A stretch of 16,765 bases of DNA, taken from NCBI GenBank assembly GCA_041687695.1, contig JAWLBL010000054.1, positions 1-16,765 on the forward strand. Reading direction: 5' to 3'. The DNA comes from Myxococcota bacterium. GTDB lineage: Bacteria > Myxococcota_A > UBA9042 > PHBI01 > JAWLBL01. Below the pieces are notes generated by a model. That model was given only the letters and a program-made list of their open reading frames with translations, did not search any database and was not told the origin of the DNA. Made by a program: the position numbers and the translations under genes. This document shows positions 1 to 7,464 of the stretch, one piece after another. The first letter of the stretch is position 1. Each line of letters begins with the position of its first letter.

Positions 1-30
1 ACCGCCCCTCCCCCCGACTCGCCCCCCTTA

Positions 31-216
31 CGCCGCCGAAGGCGGCTTTCGGAGTGCTCGGCCCATGGCCGAGCTTTGCGCCGGCCACGCCGGCGCGTAC
101 CCACCCTCGAACCCGCACCTCCCCCAGACCCCACCCCTTCCGCCGCCAAAGGCGGCTTTCGGAGTGCTCGGCCCATGGCCGAGCTTTGCGCCGGCCAAGC
201 CGGCGCGTACCCACCC
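31..216. repeat. Two 76-bp direct repeats (31-106, 141-216; period 110 bp), each a composite of three hairpins; REP/REPIN-like elements beside the RAYT
   Basis: Unit = C-GCCGCC-RAA-GGCGGC-TTTC-GGAGT-GCTCGGCC-CAT-GGCCGAGC-TTT-GCGCCGGC-CAM-GCCGGCGC-GTACCCACCC. The copies differ only at 38/148 and 88/198, both in loops. A partial third copy GCCGGCGCGTA lies at 219-229. Confidence 0.9.
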
Positions 217-289
217 CCGCCGGCGCGTATCGCCCCCCGCGCCCGCCCATCCCCCCCGCCTCCACCACCGCCGAAGCAGCCCCCCGCAC

Positions 290-850
290 TCACGGCCGCG
301 GCTTGCGCGGCCTCCGCGGCTCCCCCGGCTCGACGACCGACACGCGGTCCACCTTGAAGCTGGCGACCGCACGTACGAACTCCGGGCTGGCCGTCGCCTT
401 CAGCCAGGCGGCCGAACACCACGGGTACTCGCTGGGCACCCGCGCCAACCCGTGCTTCACCGGGTTGCGATTCACATAGCCCAGCCTCGCCATGTAGCTG
501 CGCTGGAACGTGATCTGACTCTCCCAATACTGATGCCAGACCCTCCGCCCGGGCGTCCCGTCACGCTCATTGAGCCACCGCGCCGTCGACGAGTGCAGCG
601 CTCCGACCATGGCGCTCAGCGTGGTCGCGTCCCCCGGCGACTCGGCCATGAAGTGATAGTGGTCCGGAATCACGGCCCAGGACTGGAGTCTCCAGCCGAA
701 GTGGTCAGCCGTCTCCAGCAGCCGATCCTGCAGCATGGTCCGCCGCTCGGGCGGCTCGAAGTACGGCACCCGTCCATGAGTGGCGCCCGTGACGATATAG
801 ACACCGGCGTCGCCCAGCAGGTGCAAGGGCGCATGCGGCCAACGAGGCAT
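290..850 (-). CDS. rayT: REP-associated tyrosine transposase (RAYT / TnpA-REP; IS200-like HUH Y1 family), 186 aa
   Basis: Motifs GVYIVTGAT, WAVIPDHYH (HUH), VWHQYWE, YVNRNPVKHGL (catalytic Tyr) and YPWCS. ATG at 850 follows a strong SD (GGAGGAGGAGACC-ATG). Palindromic repeats lie directly downstream; no tnpB is adjacent. Confidence 0.9.
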   Translation of the reverse strand: MPRWPHAPLHLLGDAGVYIVTGATHGRVPYFEPPERRTMLQDRLLETADHFGWRLQSWAVIPDHYHFMAESPGDATTLSAMVGALHSSTARWLNERDGTPGRRVWHQYWESQITFQRSYMARLGYVNRNPVKHGLARVPSEYPWCSAAWLKATASPEFVRAVASFKVDRVSVVEPGEPRRPRKPRP

Positions 851-1053
851 GGTCTCCTCCTCCGGTCGAGAGGCAAGCAGTCGATGATGCCCGCCCTCTT
901 TGCACCATCCATGCCGCGCTTCCCTTCGGTCACCGCAACGCCCCTCAATCCGCTGGCATCGACCCACGCCCTCGCGCTACGCTCGCCAATCCCGTTCCCT
1001 CGACCTTGGGTGCGCCCTTGAATCGAATGCGACAATCCCGCCTCCGCTCCGCC

Positions 1054-2349
1054 ATGGCCGCGCTCGTCGGACTCGCCGCGCTCACCATCGCCGCCCCCCT
1101 GGCCCTGGCCGACCCGCTGCCCCTGCGCGACGGCACGACCCTCGACGTCGACCACGTCCTCGCCGCCGACGACCACGTCCTGCACCTGCAAACCGCCACC
1201 GGCCCACGGCGCGTCCCCTTCGCCGAGGTCGCCCCCGACGCCCTGTGCGCCCTGCTCCGCGGCCGCCTCGACCGCCCGCTCGCCACGCAGCGCATCTCGG
1301 TCGCCCGCACCTGCGCCCGCCACGGCGCCTTCGCCCCCGCCCGCGCCGAGCTCCAGCTCGCCCGCGCCCAGAGCCACTCGGCCGCCGACCAGGCCCGCCG
1401 CGTCCTCGCCGAGGTCGACCGCCTCGAGGCCGCCGCCCTGCTCGGCCAGGCCCGCGCCTCCCGCGCCGCCGGCCACTCCGACCCCGCCCGCGCGCAACTC
1501 GCTCACCTCATAGAACGCTTCCCCGACACCCCCGCCGCCGACGAGGCCCGCGCCGACCTCGACGCCCAGGGCTTCGGCCCCGACGGCGTGACCCAGGGCC
1601 GCTTCGTGACCCTCCCGGGCGCCTGGTACGGCTGGGAGACCCTCATCGTCGACGGCGCCTCCATCTTGACCGCGCCGCTCATCGTGGGGGCCGGCGGGTA
1701 CGTCTTCGGCGCCCCCATCGTCCACATCACCCACGGCAATCCGGGCCACGCCGCCGCCAGTCTGGGTCTGCGCCTCGTCCTCCCGCTCGGCGGCGGCGCC
1801 CTGGCCTACACCACGACGCGCTCGGGATACTCGACCCTCACCGCGTTCGCCCTCGGCGCGCTGACGGCCATGACCCTCGACAGCCTCCTGCTCGCCCACG
1901 AGGACGATCAACGCGTCTTCACCGACGATCCCGACTCGCTCCTCTCGCGCGCCCCGGCGTCCCCCAGCGGCTACCTCGGACGCCCCTTCCACGTCGACCT
2001 CTTCGCCCGCGCCGGGACCCGGAATCACCTCGCCGGCCTACAGTTCGGGTACGCCGTCATCCCCGAGATCGCCATCGTCCCCTCGCTCGCCGCCGCCACG
2101 GGCAGTCGCCGCCGCGACTATGGGCCGGCCGCCGCCGGCCTCGGCCTGCAGCTGCGCCCCGCCGCTCGCGTCAGCTCCTTCACCCCCACCCTCGGCGGCA
2201 CCCTCGAGTACGAGTTCGCTGGCCGTACCGACCTCAACGGCTCCCTCGGCTTCGAGTGGCAGGGCCGATCCAGGTTCCGCGTCGGCGGCGCCGTCGCCTT
2301 CGGCACCTCGGGCGCGACCCTGGCCCTCCACCTCGGCCACGCCTACTGA
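1054..2349 (+). CDS. Secreted or outer-membrane hypothetical protein: helical TPR-like N-terminal part, hydrophobic middle module, C-terminal beta-strand region
   Basis: Signal peptide MAALVGLAALTIAAPLALA-D; ARAQLAHLIERFPDTPAADEAR resembles a BamD/YbgF-type TPR motif; WYGWETLIVDG...GAPIVH segment; amphipathic strands ending in Tyr. Third codon positions are strongly G/C. Start chosen at ATG 1054 (1027 possible). Confidence 0.75.
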   Translation: MAALVGLAALTIAAPLALADPLPLRDGTTLDVDHVLAADDHVLHLQTATGPRRVPFAEVAPDALCALLRGRLDRPLATQRISVARTCARHGAFAPARAELQLARAQSHSAADQARRVLAEVDRLEAAALLGQARASRAAGHSDPARAQLAHLIERFPDTPAADEARADLDAQGFGPDGVTQGRFVTLPGAWYGWETLIVDGASILTAPLIVGAGGYVFGAPIVHITHGNPGHAAASLGLRLVLPLGGGALAYTTTRSGYSTLTAFALGALTAMTLDSLLLAHEDDQRVFTDDPDSLLSRAPASPSGYLGRPFHVDLFARAGTRNHLAGLQFGYAVIPEIAIVPSLAAATGSRRRDYGPAAAGLGLQLRPAARVSSFTPTLGGTLEYEFAGRTDLNGSLGFEWQGRSRFRVGGAVAFGTSGATLALHLGHAY

Positions 2350-2381
2350 ACCGACACCGCCACCGCCCGCGCAACTCGTGG

Positions 2382-2410
2382 TTGACAGCCCCCGGCGGCG
2401 CTCGGACCCT
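2382..2410 (+). promoter_or_regulatory. Putative sigma70-type promoter of the toxin-antitoxin operon
   Basis: Perfect TTGACA (2382-2387), 17-bp spacer, weak -10 GACCCT (2405-2410), about 60 bp upstream of ATG 2473. Confidence 0.4.
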
Positions 2411-2472
2411 TGCGTCAGTCCCGGCCACCCCCGCCCGAGCCGCGCCCGTGGTCACCGGCCAAGAGACCCACC

Positions 2473-2730
2473 ATGGCCACGATCTCTCTGGGCGACGACC
2501 TCCTCGCGGTGCTCCCGGGCGCCTACCCGGCCGTCGACGACCAGGTGCGCGAGCTCGTCGTCCTCGAGCTCTACCGCCGCCGCACCATCTCCAGCGGCAA
2601 GGCGGCCGAGCTGCTCCGAATGGACCGCGAGGCCTTCGTCCAGCACGCGGGACGCCTCGGGATCCCCTACCTCGACCTCGACGATCTCGAGCTGGCCCGC
2701 GAAATCGGCGCAGCCGACGACCTGCCATGA
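2473..2730 (+). CDS. UPF0175-family putative antitoxin (HTH), 85 aa
   Basis: LELYRRRTISSGKAAELLRMDREAFVQHAGRLGIPY matches the UPF0175 pattern; acidic C-terminus; ATGA overlap with the downstream PIN gene. Confidence 0.88.
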   Translation: MATISLGDDLLAVLPGAYPAVDDQVRELVVLELYRRRTISSGKAAELLRMDREAFVQHAGRLGIPYLDLDDLELAREIGAADDLP

Positions 2731-3086
2731 GTCGGCCCGTCGTCTCCAATTCGAGCCCCCTCATGGCGCTCGAGCGCATCGGCCGCTCGGGCATCCTACC
2801 GCGGCTGTTCTCGACCCTCTCGATTCCGCCCGCAGCGCAAGCCGAAGTCATTGCGAACGCGCCGATGTCGGCATGGGTCCACGTTGCAGGTCCCGCGTCA
2901 CCGCTCGTGGCCAGCCTGCGCCTGTCGGTCGTGGGCACGCTCGGCGTTCTCCTTGCGGCGCGGCGACGAGGGTTCATCCCCGCCGTCCGACCTGCGCTCG
3001 ATGACCTGCTCGATGCAGGCTTCCGCGTGACGCCTCGTGTCGTGGATGCCATCTTGGCCGCTGCCGGCGAAGCAACTGGCGGCTGA
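2727..3086 (+). CDS. DUF3368-family PIN-domain toxin with an apparent internal in-frame deletion (119 aa, probably inactive)
   Basis: N-terminus VVSNSSPLMALERIG...LFSTLSIPPAAQAEV and C-terminus VVGTLGVLLAARRRGFI...GFR...AGE are typical of DUF3368. The central GE(x)EAIALA...DD/DE segment is absent. Confidence 0.82.
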   Translation: MSRPVVSNSSPLMALERIGRSGILPRLFSTLSIPPAAQAEVIANAPMSAWVHVAGPASPLVASLRLSVVGTLGVLLAARRRGFIPAVRPALDDLLDAGFRVTPRVVDAILAAAGEATGG

Positions 3087-3115
3087 ACCAGAGCGCGCCA
3101 TCCCCCATGCCTACC

Positions 3116-3154
3116 AAAACGCCCCCGCCCACGCGCGCGGCGCGAACGGGGGCG
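3116..3154 (-). terminator. Putative intrinsic terminator for the minus-strand gene remnant
   Basis: Stem CGCCCCCG (3120-3127) / CGGGGGCG (3147-3154) with inner stem CGCGC/GCGCG, followed on the minus strand by TTTT (3119-3116). Confidence 0.5.
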
Positions 3155-3175
3155 CGCTCCTTGGCGACCCGCGCT

Positions 3176-3396
3176 TCGTCTCGACGACTCCGCCGGCGCT
3201 GGCTCCGACGGCGCCTCGACGGGCGTCTCCATCTCCACCGGCGGCGCGGCCTCGTCCCCGCGGCTGCGCCGCTCGGTGGGCCTCACGCGGTCGGCCAGGT
3301 CGCCCCGCCCGGCGAACCGCAACAGCCCCTCGATGACCGAAGCCGTCCCCTGGTAGGCGGCGACCCACTCCTGCACCGCGCGATCCCGCGCGGTGC
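3176..3396 (-). pseudogene. 3' fragment of a helical hypothetical protein gene (5' end missing)
   Basis: Reads TARDRAVQEWVAAYQGTASVIEGLLRFAGRGDLADRVRPTERR plus an acidic/Pro tail with coding-like G/C third positions. It resembles, from memory, C-termini of multicopy myxobacterial hypothetical proteins. No start codon; a terminator-like hairpin follows. Boundaries approximate. Confidence 0.55.
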
Positions 3397-3397
3397 C

Positions 3398-3690
3398 CCC
3401 GGCCCCCTCTCGGCCCAGGCCGCCCTGGTCCGCATCGACCGGCAGGTCGCCCACCGCGCCTCCCTGAACGCCGAGTTCACGACCCTCCTCTCCGCCAGCC
3501 CCACCGACGTCGTCGGCTGGGACCAGGTGCGCGCCGCCCAGGCCCAGGGCGACGAGCGCCTGATGGCCGTCATCGCCTGGGTCTGCGGCCGCTTCCCCGA
3601 CCCCGAGGCCGCCGAGACCCGCGAGGCGCCCCTCGAGCCCATCCGCAAGCAAAACGACGCCATCCGCGCCTACCTCGGCAGCCGCCGCCC
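3398..3690 (+). pseudogene. 3' fragment of a second helical hypothetical protein gene (5' end missing)
   Basis: Reads PLSAQAALVRIDRQVAHRASLNAEFTTLL...GDERLMAVIAWVCGRFPD...LEPIRKQNDAIRAYLGSRR with almost all G/C-ending codons. No start or SD; decays into C-rich low complexity after about 3690. Confidence 0.55.
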
Positions 3691-4080
3691 CCCTCCCCAC
3701 CCGACCTCTCGTCCCCGGCCCTCCTCCATTCGCCGACCGAAACCGACCCCACATCCCCCGACCACCCGCTCCGACCCCCTCCCCACTCGCCCCCACCGAA
3801 TGCAGTCGCCCCCACCAAGCGACCGACGGCGACCATGCCCAAGCGAACCGCCCAAGCCACCCGCCCCCCCGAGCCCGACGGCCCCGCGCCCCTCACCACA
3901 TCGGTCGTCCTCGCCCCCGTGTGGTGCCTCGCCCTTCGCCCCTCGCCCGAACCGTCACTCGCCGCGGCCTCGCCAGAAGCTGAGACCTGGAGGTGTTTGC
4001 AAGTTGGGACTTGCCCCCTGCGGTCCGCGGCCGCCCCACACGACCCCGCGATGGCGACCGCGAGGAGACCGCCGCCAGGT

Positions 4081-5751
4081 TCAGAGGCAGGTCGCCTGGT
4101 CTCGGATGTGGGGGACGAAGCCGGCGGGGATCGCCGGCCGCGAGGAGATGGACACGCGCTCCGGAAACAGCCCCGACGTGCGGTAGACCACGTCGACGAA
4201 GAGCAGGGTGTCCGGCGTGGTCGGGAAGAGCGCGGCCTTGGTCCACACGCCGCCGCCCTGGTCGTCGAGCTCCAGGCTGCCCCAGAGGAAGGCCTGGTCG
4301 TTGCTCCACCAGATCTTCACGCGCTCGACCACGAGGCTGCTGCCGCTCTCGTCGACCTGCGCGGTGACGAACGTCCCCTGGCCGACCGGCTGTGTCGTCA
4401 CCGTCGGCGGCTCGGGCACCCACGCGTAGTCGGGATCGGTGCCGAAGTGGTGGTGGAACCAGAGGCGCTGGGCCCCCTCGGCGCGCATCGCCGCGCGCGC
4501 CTCGATGACCTCGGCGCTCTCGACGCCGCTGATGGCGTAGCAGCCGTGGTCGAAGTTACCAGCCAGCGACATGCGCTTTCCCGCTGCGATGGCGTCGAAG
4601 GTGGCCACGTGGGCCGTCAGCGGGAAGAACTCGTCGCTCGTACCGTTGGCCATCATCACCGGGGTCGAGCCGCCGGGCAGGAGGTTCACCGAGTCGAGGT
4701 GCGCGAGCAGCGTCGTCCACTCGGGGCTGGCCTTCGTGAGACCGGCCTTGGCGAGCAGCGCGTTCTGCCAGGCGTCGGGGGACTTCACCGCCTCGCCCCA
4801 GCCCCCCGTGCCCGACAGCGGGACGGCCGCCGTCAGCCGGTCGTCGACCGCCGCCGAGATCAGCGTGGCCACCGCGCCGGCCGAGTAGCCGGTCATCCCC
4901 AGCCGGCTCGCGTCGACATCCGGGTGGTCGGCGAGGCAGGTGACCCCGCGCATGGCCGCCACCGCGTGGCCCCAGAACCAGCTGCCGCGCGGGTCGGTCA
5001 GGGTGTCGAACATGCGATAGCCGTCGTCGTGGCCGGCCGGCAGGCCTCCGGAGCCGTTGCTGGCGTCGGTGCCCCCGCCCGGGCCCGTATACGCCAGCGT
5101 GAACAGGCCGAGGCGGGCGGCGAGGCCGGTGGCGTCCTTCTCGTCGGCCCACCCGCCCAGCCCGTGGGCCTGCACGACGCCCGGGAGCGCGGTCGCCCCG
5201 TGGGGGCGGGCCGCGAACGCGTGGATCGTGATGGGCGCGAGGGCGCCGCCGATGGACTCGAAGGACGTGTAGGTCACGTCCCACACGTCGAGGGTGACGA
5301 GGTCCTTCAGCACGGTCCGGTGGTTGGTGAACGTGCAATCCGCGGTGGACGCGTCCTGGATCATCGGCAGGTCGAAGACTGGCGGCGGCTCGGTGGGGCC
5401 GGTGTCCTCGGCGGCCGCGACATCCTCCGCCGGCGCGGCGTCCTCTGCCGGCACGACCTCCGCCGTGCCGTCGGCGATCGCCCCGTCGGCGCCGGCGCCG
5501 TCCGGGTCCCCGGGCGCGAATCCGTCACCCGCCTCGGGTGCGCGATCGACCTCGCCGTCGGAGGCGTCCAGCGCCGTGTCCCCCGCGGTGACGTCGAGCG
5601 CATCTGTATCCGCGTCGGCGTCCGACGCGAAGCCGTCGGCCTTCGGCGCGGCGTCCACGCCGACGTCGTCGCCGGCGCCCGCGTCCTCGGCTGGGGTGTC
5701 GCTACAGCCCCAGATGAGGAGCCCCAACAGGAGGAGGAGGGTCGTACGCAT
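4081..5751 (-). CDS. Lipoprotein alpha/beta-hydrolase (acetylxylan-esterase/dienelactone-hydrolase-like) with a long acidic linker
   Basis: Lipobox LLIWG-C; about 110-aa Asp/Ala-rich linker; HGLGG; PDVDASRLGMTGYSAG nucleophile elbow (GxSxG); candidate triad Asp (GTSDEFF) and His (NFDHG); C-terminal beta-rich domain. Confidence 0.85.
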   Translation of the reverse strand: MRTTLLLLLGLLIWGCSDTPAEDAGAGDDVGVDAAPKADGFASDADADTDALDVTAGDTALDASDGEVDRAPEAGDGFAPGDPDGAGADGAIADGTAEVVPAEDAAPAEDVAAAEDTGPTEPPPVFDLPMIQDASTADCTFTNHRTVLKDLVTLDVWDVTYTSFESIGGALAPITIHAFAARPHGATALPGVVQAHGLGGWADEKDATGLAARLGLFTLAYTGPGGGTDASNGSGGLPAGHDDGYRMFDTLTDPRGSWFWGHAVAAMRGVTCLADHPDVDASRLGMTGYSAGAVATLISAAVDDRLTAAVPLSGTGGWGEAVKSPDAWQNALLAKAGLTKASPEWTTLLAHLDSVNLLPGGSTPVMMANGTSDEFFPLTAHVATFDAIAAGKRMSLAGNFDHGCYAISGVESAEVIEARAAMRAEGAQRLWFHHHFGTDPDYAWVPEPPTVTTQPVGQGTFVTAQVDESGSSLVVERVKIWWSNDQAFLWGSLELDDQGGGVWTKAALFPTTPDTLLFVDVVYRTSGLFPERVSISSRPAIPAGFVPHIRDQATCL

Positions 5752-5869
5752 CGGAGAACCCGGCCACGCGGCGCAATGTGAAGCGGATGGGGAGGGGTCC
5801 TCCGGTCATCCCGCATCCGGCCGCGGGGTGTCAAGGGCCCTCCGGGTCGCGCGGGGGCGCGCGGCGGTG

Positions 5870-6445
5870 CCATCTCGAGCGCGTCGGGCGTCCCCGCGGC
5901 GACGTCCTCGAGCGAGCCGGCGCGGCAGGTGGTCGGCCCTGCTCCGTCGAGCGCCCCCTCCACAGCCACCCGGACTGCGGACTCCTGGTCGACGGCCTCG
6001 CCCGGGACTGGTGCGCGGACTGCCGGGACGCTACCCTGGCCGCGTTCTCGTGCAGGGGACCACGGGCGCTGCGCCGCGTGTGGCGGCCGGAGGACGACCG
6101 CGGTGGCGTCTCGTCGGCCCCAGCCATCGTCGATGCAGTGACCCCGGAGGCTCGGGTTCGGCCGTGCATCCTGACCTTCCCCCATTCGCTCCGCATCAAG
6201 CTCGCCTGCGGCGCGGTCCTCCGCCTCCCCCGAGGTGGGCTACCGGGGCATCGACCGCCCGCGCGGCGGCACCACCCCCTGGAGCCTCGAGCATGCCGCT
6301 GCACTTCCCCATCGGGGCGAAGCGGGCCCTCGCCTATCCTGAGGACCTCGCGGCCGAGGAGCCGCCCTCCGGGACCGAGCGCGGGGACGCCGCCACCCAC
6401 TACGACGACGCGACGCGCCGAGACATGCGAGCCGTCGCCCACTGA
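5870..6445 (+). mobile_element. Degenerate IS91-family (Y2 rolling-circle) transposase remnant: zinc-binding domain plus a possible C-terminal tail
   Basis: VERPLHSHPDCGLLVDGLARDWCADC...AFSCRG, then a frameshift near 6060 to GRCAACGGRR, then back to IVDAVTPEARVRPCILTFPHSLR. This follows the IS91-type Zn-domain pattern (CG.L..G.....C..C.....AFSCKGRG.CPSCGGRR...VD.V.P...VRQWVLT.P..LR). No HUH/Y2 catalytic core is visible. Boundaries approximate. Confidence 0.75.
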
Positions 6446-6456
6446 GAGGGAGCCGA

Positions 6457-7464
6457 ATGGACATCCAACAGCACATCCGCCAGCTCGCCCAGGGATCCGC
6501 CACCCTGGGTGTCGCCTACGTGGGCGTGGCCAATGGCCTGCTCGAAGCGCTCGCGGAGGGTTCGGCCACCGCCGAAGATCTAGCCCACCGCACCGCCACC
6601 GACGCTGGCTATGTCGCCCGCTGGGCGGACGCCGCGTACGCGTTCGAACTGCTCGACGAGGAGGGCGGCCGCTTCTCGCTGACCGAGCTGGGCCGGGCGT
6701 TCCTCCGCGACGCCCCCGGCACCGCGATGCCCATGGCGGTGCAGGCGGTGCTCGGCGCCCACATGGCCGAGCGCGCCGCCACGTTCACCGCCACCGGCGA
6801 GCGCCCGGGCGAGTCGGTGCTCGGCGAGCGCGAGAGCATCCTCCCTCTGTTCGGCCCCATGCTCGAGGCCACGTTCGGGCCGATGTTCGACGCGCACGTC
6901 CTCCCCGGTGTGCCGGTGTTCAGCCAGGTGGACGCCGAGGGGGGCGTCGCCGTCGACCTGGGCTGCGGCAACGGGTGGTACCTGCGCCGGCTGGCCCGCC
7001 GGTTCCAGGGCCTGCGCGGCATCGGGCTCGACGCCATCGAGGAGAACGTGCGCCAGGCCCAACGCCGCGCCGAGGATGAGGGCGTCGCCGATCGGCTGTC
7101 TTTCCGGGTGGGCGACATCTCCCACTTCGCCGTCGCCGAGCCGGTCGACCTCATCGCCATGAACCGCGCCATGCACCACGTGTGGGCCGATCGGGAGCGC
7201 GTGCTCCGCGTCCTCCGGGATCACCTCAAGCCCGGCGGCGCCGCCGTGATCTGGGAGCCAGCCTGGCCCGCCGATCGCGCCGCGCTCCGCCACCCGTCCC
7301 GCCGCGGCATGGCCTTCCAGAACCTCTCGGAGCACGTGCAGGGCAACCACTTCCTGCGCCCCGAGGAGCTGGCCGACGCCCTCGCCGGCGTCGGGCTGGA
7401 GCCGGAGATCCACCGCTTCCTCGAGGGCAACGAGGCGGTGGTCGTGGGGCGGCGTCCGGCATAG
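6457..7464 (+). CDS. Class I SAM-dependent methyltransferase with N-terminal winged-helix/dimerisation domain
   Basis: SAM motif VDLGCGNG, GLD, DRLSFRVGD, MHHV, LKPGG; N-terminal TAEDLAHRTATDAGYVARW helix-turn-helix; SD-like GAGGGAG upstream. Confidence 0.9.
   Translation: MDIQQHIRQLAQGSATLGVAYVGVANGLLEALAEGSATAEDLAHRTATDAGYVARWADAAYAFELLDEEGGRFSLTELGRAFLRDAPGTAMPMAVQAVLGAHMAERAATFTATGERPGESVLGERESILPLFGPMLEATFGPMFDAHVLPGVPVFSQVDAEGGVAVDLGCGNGWYLRRLARRFQGLRGIGLDAIEENVRQAQRRAEDEGVADRLSFRVGDISHFAVAEPVDLIAMNRAMHHVWADRERVLRVLRDHLKPGGAAVIWEPAWPADRAALRHPSRRGMAFQNLSEHVQGNHFLRPEELADALAGVGLEPEIHRFLEGNEAVVVGRRPA

Noticed and set aside
31..216. CRISPR array (repeat, 34-bp spacer, repeat)
   Set aside because: The 76-bp three-hairpin repeat is too long, only two copies are visible, and no cas genes are present. 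The adjacent RAYT explains it better.
250..267. TCCCCCCCGCCTCCACCA resembling a tmRNA/tRNA 3' end; likewise AATCCCGCCTCCGCTCCGCCA at 1034-1054
   Set aside because: No correctly placed GTTCRA T-loop, and the C-rich context makes chance matches likely.
851..967. N-terminal extension of the RAYT ORF to 225 aa; similar upstream extensions of the porin, PhoD and collagen ORFs
   Set aside because: Internal ATGs at 850, 8646, 12048 and 14538 have an SD and/or begin proper signal peptides, and the extensions are not protein-like.
900..2726. 728-aa ORF 900-3086 as one gene
   Set aside because: The Arg/Pro-rich part is an off-frame shadow of the 1054-2349 and 2473-2730 genes. Only the last 119 codons (DUF3368) look real.
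2234..4186. ORFs 2234-3796 (-) and 3107-4186 (+) as intact genes
   Set aside because: Each is protein-like over only one sub-segment. The rest is antisense shadow or low complexity, so they are reported as fragments.
5806..5834. Minus-strand TTGACA (5834-5829) as promoter of the hydrolase gene
   Set aside because: No credible -10 at 16-18 bp (GGATGA at 17 bp). It is treated instead as part of a possible element end.
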